The translations under genes were made by a program, and so were the position numbers. 34,085 nucleotides of DNA, taken from the NCBI GenBank assembly GCA_000934665.2, contig KZ539086.1, positions 1 through 34,085 of the forward strand, in the 5' to 3' direction. Source of the DNA: Catajapyx aquilonaris (taxonomy: Eukaryota). The notes under the pieces are model-generated. The model did not search any database. It was given only the letters and a program-made list of their open reading frames with translations, and had not been told where the DNA came from. Of this stretch, positions 13,275 through 23,301 are shown in pieces; the stretch's first letter is position 1, and each line of letters begins with the position of its first letter.

Positions 13275-14192
13275 CATAATTGTAACAGCCTACTTATTAT
13301 CCTATCCATATTCATATTAAACTAATGTGATTTATTGTTGATTCCACTTGAAGTTGGGAACAAATTATGGTTTTTGGCATTCTTTTATTCGTGCTAATTG
13401 GATAACATAAGAAGTACCGGTACGTAGGCTACTGTAGAATTCCTTCAAGGAGAATCAACCCAACGTATGCAATTTAGCTCCCAAACTTGAAGTTACAATG
13501 TTTTTACGTGTTGCGACAATATTAAAAGCTAAATTCCCATTAGTTCGAATTGGTCGCCTACAAAATAACGAGGGACCGAATGACGCGTCGGGTGGATAGA
13601 GAGTGTATAGTGAATGTCAACAACATGAACTTTACTCCCACTGTGGCTGTAAACAGTCTTAATTGCCATGTTTATTTTGGCACTTTCCATGCCCACAACT
13701 GCACTGGCATAATAGTCATAATGCGCATGTGCTGCTGGTCGCTGGGGTTAGAGTGTACCGTATAATCTTTCATGCAGCGTGCATTATACTGCAGTATAAA
13801 CAATTAGGCGCTGCAGAACTTGGAAAACAAGGAGGGCCTTAGGCCACCGCAAGACACCGCTAATGAAGCCGGTACTGGGGTTAAGTATCCAGCATGCGTT
13901 ACATGCATTAAGAATTTATTTGCAAAGCCGTGTCCAAAGAATTCTTTGTATAGAGGTTCCCAAAATGCACGAAACTTCATACTGCACGTTAACTACTCAG
14001 AAACTAAGACTATACAAAACAAACAGCCCATCATATTTCCCTGTAAAAGGTGTAGTCAGTAATGAACCTCGGACGCAATTGAACTTTTAAATAATGCAAT
14101 TATGTAATTATGTTTAAAATCATAGCAGTAAACCTCGAATACTCACAATCTCAGCAAAACAGTAGCTTGTAACCAAAAATTGTAAATATACA

Positions 14193-14405
14193 TGTTAGGC
14201 TCAAACCCCGAAAACGGCCATTGGGCGAAAAAACCGTCCAGACTGCAGAATGCTCTATGCCAAACCAGAATGGATTGAGAATAGCAGAATGCTCTATGTC
14301 AAAGGTCAAACCGTCCATTCTGCAGACTGGACGGTTTGACATAGAGCATTCTGCAGTCTGGACGTATTTTCGCCCAATGGCCGGTTTCGGAGTTTGAGCC
14401 TAACA
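14193..14405. mobile_element. Ginger-like MITE (TGT...ACA ends, 4-bp TSD)
   Basis: ~70-bp TIRs starting TGTTAGGCTCAAAC / GTTTGAGCCTAACA. TACA duplicated at 14189-14192 and 14406-14409. Internal repeats of GCAGAATGCTCTATG. Confidence 0.8.
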
Positions 14406-14457
14406 TACATACATATTTCAGCAAAGAACTATCAGAAATTACTAATCACACCACGTA

Positions 14458-14599
14458 CTATCGGGTTCAAATATTTTTGGCCACTTTATCCTGGTCTTGA
14501 AGCAACCCTTCACACAAACACACCTCCTTAACGTGGGGTCTGTGCGAAGGGTTGCTTCAAGACCAGGATAAAGTGGCCAAAAGTATTTGAACCCGATAG
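14458..14599. mobile_element. Tc1/mariner-like MITE, family A copy 2
   Basis: Same TIRs and TA flanks as the copy at 7464. Confidence 0.92.
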
Positions 14600-15916
14600 T
14601 ACACCTACCAGCATGTATAAACAAACCATCTTAGCCTCAGGCACATTGTAACATGTCGGGTAGCACATCATCATCATCCACAATCATTTACCCATTGATG
14701 AAGCAAGATGGACAGAACTGACGCAAGTCTGAGACTAGAAACGCATGTAGATAATCTTAAACCGGTCATAAACCAAAGCTGTATAAATAAATAGAGCAAG
14801 AAATGGAATCGGCCATGGAGCTCATTCCTTTCAGCCTTCCCAATCACTTCTGATGGTTCCTGTTCCTTACCAACCCAGCCAATAACCCAGAACCTCTCGG
14901 AAAATCCCCCTCAGGAACACTTCCCAGCAGACGATCTTTAGTAATCCGGGACGACATGGGGAATACCGGATGGTCCGTAGGACTTTACTTTCTCAGACTT
15001 TGGGAACGGTGTGTGTGGGTACGGACCGTTGTTGACAAGGAAGCTTCTGGACCAGGGGGAAAAAAAAAGCCGATTCACTCTTTCGTCGGGAATTCCCCGG
15101 TTTTAATCCTTACCCAGCCCAAGTCAAGATCGTCTGAGCTTACATTGCAGGCAAGGACTGTGTGACGTCACCTCGAGTGCTTTTGCCGCAGTTTGCAGCT
15201 CAATACCCGTTCTGTACTCATGTAACGTATACTCTACTGCGGAAACAAACGTAGTCTGGATGATTGCTTTTCAGGTGGGCACTGTGGAAATTTTCTCCAG
15301 AAGGAAGAGCAAAAAAGAATCGATAGCTAATTTCTGACGGAAATGTATGACGGTCAGTGCGGAATTCGTGTCCGGTGTTTGGCATGCAAAGGACTGTCTC
15401 TATTCATGTACTATTTACCATGATAGACATGTCCAGAATATATTTGTTAAGAATTTTTTAAAAAATTGTTAATTGTCACGATAATGACTCGTTAATAACA
15501 GCCAGTTGTACCTGTCAGATGTTCCAAAGCACCAATAGTCACAATATCCGTTTTTGAAAACTTCTAGCATGAATGAATATTGTGGAGTACTGTACTGCAC
15601 ATTGTCCCATATTTCGCATCATGCGCTATTTTTTGCACACATCCTGTTTACACACACTAACTTACTTTCTTCATCAGTAAACACGACTAATTACAGTGTT
15701 CATGATGCGCTATGAAACTCAAAACATTCGCTTAATTTCGTGTCATTATATAGCACTGCTGCGGACATTTTCGCACACGTCAACAACTAAAGTTCATGAC
15801 CTTTCATTTCGCAGCCTGTTGTTTCCAACGCACATACGAATGTGTACAGTGCAAATGTTTCGCATACAGCTGCGCAAACAGCCCCACCTCTTTTATTGCT
15901 CACAAAAGTTTCTCCT

Positions 15917-16088
15917 NNNNNNNNNNNNNNNNNNNNNNNNNNNNNNNNNNNNNNNNNNNNNNNNNNNNNNNNNNNNNNNNNNNNNNNNNNNNNNNNNNNN
16001 NNNNNNNNNNNNNNNNNNNNNNNNNNNNNNNNNNNNNNNNNNNNNNNNNNNNNNNNNNNNNNNNNNNNNNNNNNNNNNNNNNNNNNNN
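15917..16088. other. Assembly gap (172 N)
   Basis: Run of N next to a C homopolymer. Single Ns elsewhere (2135, 5264, 9022, 25467, 26120, 28984) also sit in or beside G/C runs. Confidence 0.99.
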
Positions 16089-17184
16089 CCCCCCCCCCCA
16101 AAAAAAAAAGGTACAATCCTCTTGTGTACCTGCACAGGCGATATACCGGTACCTCACTGTTCGACACATGTGGCCCATTATTTGCATAATTTAATCATGC
16201 GGAAGTCTGCCAGCTAAGCCCGGTTTTTTCATGTACAGTATGTTACACCAGTAAAGAACCAAAAAAAAATCAGGGTTGGAAACACCAAAAAGTTAAATTG
16301 ATTTTTCACCTCCCATTATTTCTACAGGTAGGCGTTCGGTGCAAAGGGACAACAATAAGCGAGAAGGGAAAAGCCCTAGGCTTCCTTTTACCGCAAACAT
16401 TTCCCAGCCCTTGAAGCTCGTTTTGGCGAAGGAAGCAAAGCCGCAAATGTGTCCTAGGGCGGTGTTTTTTAAGGAGAATTGACTGCTGGAATGTTTACTT
16501 AGTCCTTTCCCATCCGATACAAAGGCACCCCCAAAAGACAATGGCTGGGGGAAAAAAATACTTAAGCCAGGTTTTGGTAACCCCTTAACCTTATATTTAA
16601 TCTACATATAAGAGTACGTAGGCTACTATTCTGCCAAAGCTCAAAAGCGCCTGTTTTTTTTTTGAAGCACCGCCTACAACCGGTCTTAACACTTTGACGC
16701 ATGTTATATTCAGATGAATAGACAACAGGGCTTATAATAGGCTTACTTCAGAACAAAGTGAGATCGATCGACATCCGATACTATTGTTACGTCAATCCTA
16801 TTTAGACTTCCTTTTATTTTTTTAAAATAGCCATTCAAAGTCGTTCGAATCGTTTACTCATTGTCCATGCCAGGAAATAAAAATGACCTCCGGTTGCAAT
16901 TTCCCGTTCTGTGCTGCAGATGCCGCCTCGCTTTATGAGACATAAAACAAGAGTCCACTTTACCACGTCCGATCTCTCACATAACTCACTTCGGCAATCT
17001 GAATTAACCCGTTTACGGTGACCCTTGCAGCCAAGTGAAAATTTTAGATAAACAGCATGAACGGACATTAAAAACCCCGAAATAAAAAGCAGAGGAATTG
17101 TGAATATATTGTGCTATTTTAATGCAACATTTGAAATTAAACTTAGGAATGAGAAAGAATAGAAAAATAGAGAAAATGTAGTTA

Positions 17185-17338
17185 CAGCCAAAGAACAAGA
17201 TGACGTCACGCCAGCCGTGTTTTCTGAGCATGCGCAGTAGTACTCTTGCAGAGCGATTCGGGGACATGATATGAGGGAAGATCCAAGTGGAGGCGGGGCT
17301 GAACGTGACGTCATATCGTTCTTTGGCATAATGGACTG
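17185..17338. mobile_element. Short TA-flanked MITE with CRE-bearing TIRs
   Basis: GCCAAAGAACAAGATGACGTCACG (17187-17210) vs CGTGACGTCATATCGTTCTTTGGC (17304-17327), 2 mismatches. TA-CAG...CTG-TA ends. Confidence 0.65.
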
Positions 17339-17378
17339 TAGGTTAGGTAATGAATAACATTATTACTCATCAGATGTA

Positions 17379-17529
17379 CTATGGGGCTCAAATTGTTTTG
17401 GCCACTTTATCCTGGTCTTGAAGCAACCCTTTCACACACACACGCACGCACACACCCATAACGTGGGGTATGTGCGAAGTGTTGCTTCAAGACCAGGATA
17501 AAGTGGCCAAAAGTATTTGAACCCGATAG
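17379..17529. mobile_element. Tc1/mariner-like MITE, family A copy 3
   Basis: Same family; left TIR more diverged, right flank CA instead of TA. Confidence 0.88.
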
Positions 17530-17582
17530 CAGGTTTGTACGAAACTCGGCATACCAATTTTATTCCACATTCTCACTCCTTA

Positions 17583-17707
17583 GGGCCGGTTTCACCGAGC
17601 TTGGTATATGATAAAACCAGGTTTCTTTAGGAAAATCCATACAAATAGATAGGGATTTTGCGAAGAACCCTGGTTTTATCATATACTGAGCTCGGTGAAA
17701 CCGGCCC
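17583..17707. mobile_element. PIF/Harbinger-like MITE
   Basis: TIR GGGCCGGTTTCACCGAGCT / AGCTCGGTGAAACCGGCCC, almost wholly palindromic. TTA / TAA flanks. Confidence 0.82.
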
Positions 17708-20597
17708 TAAACCAGCATGATTTCTATAGTAAAACTGCTGATTACGAACATAACTATCGTCATATTTCATTCTAGCCTCTTTTTAACAGAAATAAAATGT
17801 GCCCCAGAATCAATATTCCATCCTCCGTACCTCCCCCTTGTCCTAAGACAATCTTCACAAAAGGTCATAACCCCCACAAACTTTCATTCCTGTGAATATT
17901 GCTTTGCTCGAGCGCCCCCCCCCCCCCTGTAAATATTTCAAGATAACGCAGAATGAGATTTCGTGCAATGCGACTAGAGACTTCTCGTGGTCTCCAGCCA
18001 ATATTCACACTCATGTCTAGAAAGGCGTCTCAAAATTTTCTCCGCAACACCATACCACACATTTTTTCTTACAACCATCCCCTCAACATCTGGTCTCATT
18101 TATTAGGAACAAACAATTATGAAAAAGTGTCCAAAATGCGGAGCCTCCAACTATAGGATGGTCATGAAATTCATAAGCGTAAAGTGCATTTCCATTACGT
18201 TCCCCATTATTAAAAAAACAGTCTCATGCAAAATGGTGGCCTTCTAGACTGAATGGCACCACTTCCATATTCCTCTCTGGGACACCACCTTTTTTGAATT
18301 GGTAAAGATGAATTACGCATTCTGAAAGGTTATCGCACAATGCAGTTTTTTTTTCATTTTCCTTTTATCCCGAACTCTGGATCTGGCAATGCGTAATGAC
18401 ATCTGCTGACGTCATCAGAAGTAAAGATCGCGGACTGTCTCCAAAATAGCTTCTGGCACCTACAGTTAGACTGCTGCTGATCAGCAGGTTTGCGAACCCA
18501 AGTGTGTTTACTATTTTCAGAGGTGAACATTTTGGAATACAACTAGAAAATAAAATGTCTGCCAAACCAATCAAAGTGAAATTCGTATTTTAAAAAATTT
18601 AATAGGCTGTATTGTACTGTTTGTGACACAGTACAAGTTGTGGTCTCATATAATAATCAGCCCTTACGATAATATGTGACGCAAGTAGGTTTAATTTTGC
18701 ACTAACTAGAGATTTTGAAGCCATGATATGAGCTCTACCTCACGTAATCTTTGAATTTTTTTTAAAGTCATTGTTGGCTAGAAGCCAGATCCTAATGTAA
18801 AGGGCGGGCCATGGAAGAGTGTTGGCATAGCGATGTAGTTGAGAGCTCCTTAATTGCCTCATAAAGCAAAACGAACTTTGCGGATTCAGCTTAACACTTT
18901 TTAGCGACGCGACGTTGAGAGGAGACACTTTTTAAAGTTTTTTGCCAAATATTTTTGTGGGAAATTCTTATCTTCAATAATGATCAAATTGTGTTTTTGA
19001 TTTCATTATATATCGTATATATATGAAAGTAAAATGTCTGCATGTTGGATGAAGCTAACGTCGTACCTCAAAGAGACTGGAAACAAGCTGATGTGACATG
19101 TTGATGGATATGTGAATAAGGGAAAATAAAGTGGGTTACAAGTACGAAAGCAAGGTGAAGAGAAAGAATGGTAGCAATTTTCCCTTAGAAAATATCGACG
19201 GAAAAAAAATGGGTGGCTTATTAAAACTTCCTCCTTTTGAAAATTAATCCCCGCTCATGTTTCCTCAAAATTAGGCAATCCTGCTCCTGCTTCATGACTT
19301 CCCAAAATTTTCATTAAAAACTTTCGAATATATAAGTAATCCTAATTGAATCGTATAATAGAGTGTTTATGAAATGAGGTTTCGATTTAACTTTGACAAA
19401 GTGTGTCTATATTTTGAGTGTTTCGTTTTTAATCCTCTCTATAGAGTTCAATGTTTTCTTTGTTGAGGGCGAATCAGAATTGGAATTAGTAGGTAAATAA
19501 TAGTATCATTTGTCTTTCTATCCTCTCTAATGGGTTTCAATTCACAAGGGGCAAGCTTGGCCATTTCAGTTTACACATGCAGTTTGCTAATTGATTGGCC
19601 ATGTGATAATCAGGATCCCGCAAAGAAGATTATGCGCAGTGAATAATTTTCAATAATAACCTATTATGATTTCATCAAGAATGATTTTTGGCAGTTTGAC
19701 CTGCTGAATTTGGATGCAAAACACGCTCCAGTGGCAAAATACTGGTCAAATATGAAAACAAAGCTCTAAATATTGATAATTATGAGCAGGATAAATACTG
19801 GACGCGTCACCATGCTGTGACGCATATCAAATAATAGCCCTCATGTCGTAGATTCGGAAACATAACTTTGCTATCTGGCACAACAGTTTTGGCCTGTTCA
19901 ACCTAATATAAGCAGGTAATATTTTGAATGCAGCTAATAACTGCTTAAAAATAAGCAACTTAGTGCTAAACTCGCTTATATCATTTGTAACACCGTTTGT
20001 ATTTGGACCTCGATGTGAATATAAATTATGTCGAAATAAATTGCCTTATGCAAAATAGATATCACATACTAGTAGATCAGCGCGATTTGGAAATGTCCTA
20101 CACCATATGACCCCTTCGTGCACTAAAAAAGGAATCTGTATCGCATGGCTTGAACTTTGACATGTAATTTGCTGTTCCTCCGTTTTATTGTGGAGCAGCA
20201 TGGCTTTTGTTGCCCTAGTGTCATATGCAACACCTGCAACACTACTAATGAGAAATAGAGTAGGCATCAATTGAAAATGCTCCTGCCATCTAGGAATCAA
20301 AGTGAAAGTTAATTCACTCTAGCGGCAAAGAGCGTCCCGATGAATCGATTTTTTGATATTATGCGACTGACTTGTGTTCACACTGCGGATTGTCACGATT
20401 GGCTGGAGAACATGCGTGCGCGAGTTCGAATTGGACTGTATAATGTCCCCAAAAATGAGCGCAGGACCGGCGCAGGATTATGTGGCTTGTTACGTAATAC
20501 TAAATAAATATTATTAAAATAAAATATAAATTAACGCTTTTGTAGGAGTGGTAAGTACCGCCTCTCCCCTTCTCGTCCTCCCCACATGCAAGTGCAA

Positions 20598-20840
20598 TAT
20601 CGATACCCACGCTGTAATAATGAACATGCACTGTGATTGCAATTATGGCATGGCCTTTCGGCGTACACACACTATCAAAATTACTACCGCAACCTATTAT
20701 AACAATACAACAAAAACGTCATCAATATTGAACAGATCAATTTACATCCAATATCGATACTCAAACCTCGATATTATATTTGCCACTAGCCTTGACGTCA
20801 TTTGTTTACATATCGGGCGGCGGCCATGTTGGTGGTTGGC
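20598..20840. promoter_or_regulatory. Housekeeping-type promoter-like module
   Basis: Two DRE motifs TATCGATA (20598-20605, 20752-20759), full CRE TGACGTCA (20793-20800), TGTTTAC, and YY1-type GGCGGCCATGTT (20819-20830) within 250 bp at the edge of a GC-rich island. Confidence 0.45.
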
Positions 20841-20879
20841 TACAGCAGCCCCAAGCATGATCTTAGAATACTCAGGTCT

Positions 20880-22132
20880 GGTCAGCACTCCCACTTATCA
20901 CCTGCCGGGGCGTTTTGCAGGAGGTGATCACTTGAGAGCGCCATGAGACAGCTTTTCACTGCTGGATTATGTGGCGACCCTACCTGACTACGCTGAACTT
21001 CGGTAGAATAGAAGCCGCTACATGCGGGCCCAACAATGGCCGCCGGCGACCATATGTTGGGTCCCCCAATGTAGCGCTTCCCTTTTGTACCTATAAAGTT
21101 CAGCGTAGTCCGGCAGGGTCGCCACATAATCCAGCAGTGAGAGGTCTCATGGCGCTCTCAGGTGAGCACCCCATGCAAAACGTCCCGGCAGGCGATAAGA
21201 CTGTAAGGGTAGTGTCCGTGGGCTGGCCCCAAGCCAGTCCTCTGATACGCTAGTTTAATATGAGCGTCGTCTCCGCCTTGGCGCTGCAGGCGCTCTAGCG
21301 GGAACCCGGACTCACTCGCGGCGTGGCTGGTGGTCACGCCAGCGCCAGATTCCAGGCTGCTGGAGACTTTTATATTAAACAGACTTCCCTATATGGTTAG
21401 ATATGGAGTTGCAGGGGCCTTCCCGTGACCTTAGAGCGGCATATCAGTAGTTTGGTGGGTTGGCGCTTGGCACGTTCCTTCAGTTACTGCATCCAACAAT
21501 CGCGGCACAGGGCTAATCTAGTGGCGGAACACGGCGGACCAAGACTCCCAAACAGCTAATTCAAATCTAGTAGGCATATGGTCCGTTCGTTCCCTTGCAC
21601 TGGGGCCTGTTCGCATCCACGTTATCGTGATCCGTTCCACGGTCTTAGAAGGAGAGGTCGGGAAACTCGCCGCCATTTTGCGTTCCGTTACTCATTCCCG
21701 CCGTGGCGCTGACTGGAGGTGGCCATGATGTGACCTGGATCGTGAACATCTCCATATTGCGGCCATCTTGGTATACGCTATCGGTAGCTAAGACCGTGAT
21801 CGGTAGTAATCGGGAGGGGGGTCGCTGATAAACCTAGTAATCGGGAGGAGGGTCGCTATCGTCGCTATAGTTGTTATGGCGAATGAACGACACGCACAGC
21901 GAGATTCCATTGTTTTACTAGCGCCGCTGCGGGAAGGAATAACGGATCGGCCTTTTCTATTGCGCTGGGATAGAAGTGTCCATGGGCTGATCCGTTCTAA
22001 TAATAGCAAGAGTAAATAAATATTTACTCTTGATAATAGTAATAATTTTCGCTGCTGTGGGGTAGTGTCGCTCTTCGACTTAGTGGATCAGCGGTCAGAT
22101 CCACGCGATATGAGCTAGGGGAAGTTGCCATA
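20880..22132 (+). ncRNA. Candidate large structured non-coding RNA, family unknown
   Basis: More than 12 complementary stems found by eye (see findings), mostly bulged, with wobble pairs reading G-U on the + strand. No meaningful ORF; lies directly downstream of a promoter-like module. Boundaries approximate. Confidence 0.45.
21804..21857. repeat. 23-bp direct repeat pair, period 31
   Basis: TAGTAATCGGGAGGGGGGTCGCT (21804-21826) and TAGTAATCGGGAGGAGGGTCGCT (21835-21857), 22 of 23 identical. Confidence 0.9.
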
Positions 22133-22140
22133 CCTGTATA

Positions 22141-22652
22141 CCTGTAACTCTGTAAAGACTTGCAGGGGTAATAGAGGGGACCAAAACAAGTATTTTTCAC
22201 ATAGGAACCCGTGTCCGGAAACGCCATCTAGAGGGGGTTCATAGACAAGGAACGGGTGCGCTCAGACGTACGTCAGGAGCGAGGCGCTTGGCGAGCGGAT
22301 TGTTTTGTTGATGAATGGCGTGCAGATAGTAAACAACCTGGCAACAACAGAACCGTTTATCCGCGCGTCTCCTAGGAGAGGCGGACTTTAGTTGCTAGAT
22401 GGCTCTGTTGTTGCCAGGTTATGGCACTAATCCGGGCACATCGCATCCTTGTTTACTACCTGCGCGCCATCTATCAACAAAACAGTCCGCTAGGGCGCTA
22501 GCCTAGCGCCTCCCGCGTGAAGCGTCTGAGCGCACCCTTTCCTTGTCTATGAACCCCCTATATAGATGTCGTTTCCGGACCGAGGTTCGTATGTGAAAAA
22601 TACTTGTCTTTGTCCCCTCTATTACCGCTGCAAGTCTTTACAGAGTTACCGG
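22141..22652. mobile_element. ~510-bp foldback element with ~190-bp arms and a nested inner inverted repeat
   Basis: GTAACTCTGTAAAGACTTGCAG.GGTAATAGAGGGGAC...AGTAAACAA mirrored by TTGTTTACT...GTCCCCTCTATTACC.CTGCAAGTCTTTACAGAGTTAC. Inner AACCTGGCAACAACAGA / TCTGTTGTTGCCAGGTT. Confidence 0.85.
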
Positions 22653-22971
22653 GAACACCATGTATACATACACACACTCCTCGACCGAAGGTGCGGTGTG
22701 TTGGGATTTGCCCTTGGCCTTGTTTAGGTTTCCTACCAATCCCGAGAGAGCTCTGCAGTTGGTTTAGGTTTGGTTTTGGTTTGGTTCGCAGACTTTCGAG
22801 TCACCCTGTATATCTTACCTCTCCTGCAAGACTCTTCGCCTAGTGCGGCAGTGGTTCCATAGGGCGGGCCATATCGGTGCACCCCGCAGCTAGGCCACGG
22901 GCCGCATCACACACTCACAAAGCCTGCCCAACAACACCATAACCATAAGGGCCGAAGGGCGCGAACATCAT

Positions 22972-23301
22972 GCCAACCACCAAGATGGCCGCCTTTGTTT
23001 TGATGACGTACCCCACAAGGTCCATAAATCCAAAACGCAAACCGCAACAACAGCCCCAAAATGAACTTTTAAATATAATTTTACCTTAAAATTATTAATG
23101 GCCATTATGTAGAATCTTATCTTGTTCCCCACGTTTCCGAACCGTTCCGAAATGCCGACATCTTTGGCGTCAGAGTAACTAGTGACGCGTCTCCCGCTTC
23201 CCTCCGCCAGCCTTCGCCCTTGCTAGGCTGAAGCTGGTCGAAGCTGCCCCGGTGATTCTGCCCCCGGTGAAGGCGTAAGCAGGGCTGAAGTGGGGTAGAG
23301 G
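22972..23301 (+). promoter_or_regulatory. Proximal promoter / 5' leader region of SNRNP70
   Basis: CpG-rich. YY1-type CAAGATGGCCGCC at 22981-22993, CRE half sites (TGACGTA ~23004, TGACGC ~23183), pyrimidine-rich stretch 23190-23222 upstream of the ATG. TSS not determinable from sequence. Confidence 0.55.

Noticed and set aside
15696..16217. Six long ORFs across the N run
   Set aside because: Open only because Ns hide stop codons.
17339..17348. TAGGTTAGGT telomere-like repeat or telomerase template
   Set aside because: Only two units between two MITEs, with no surrounding RNA architecture.
20538..20556. TTTTGTAG-GAGTG-GTAAGT 5-nt micro-exon pattern
   Set aside because: No host gene identified on this strand upstream; isolated motif.
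21518..21676. 52-aa minus-strand ORF starting AAAATGGCGGCG
   Set aside because: No recognisable homology; the ATGGCGG doubles as a YY1 motif and the region is better explained by + strand RNA structure.
20880..22132. Assignment to 7SL, 7SK, RNase P/MRP, hammerhead retrozyme or telomerase RNA
   Set aside because: Diagnostic conserved motifs not found by eye; left unassigned pending a covariance-model search.
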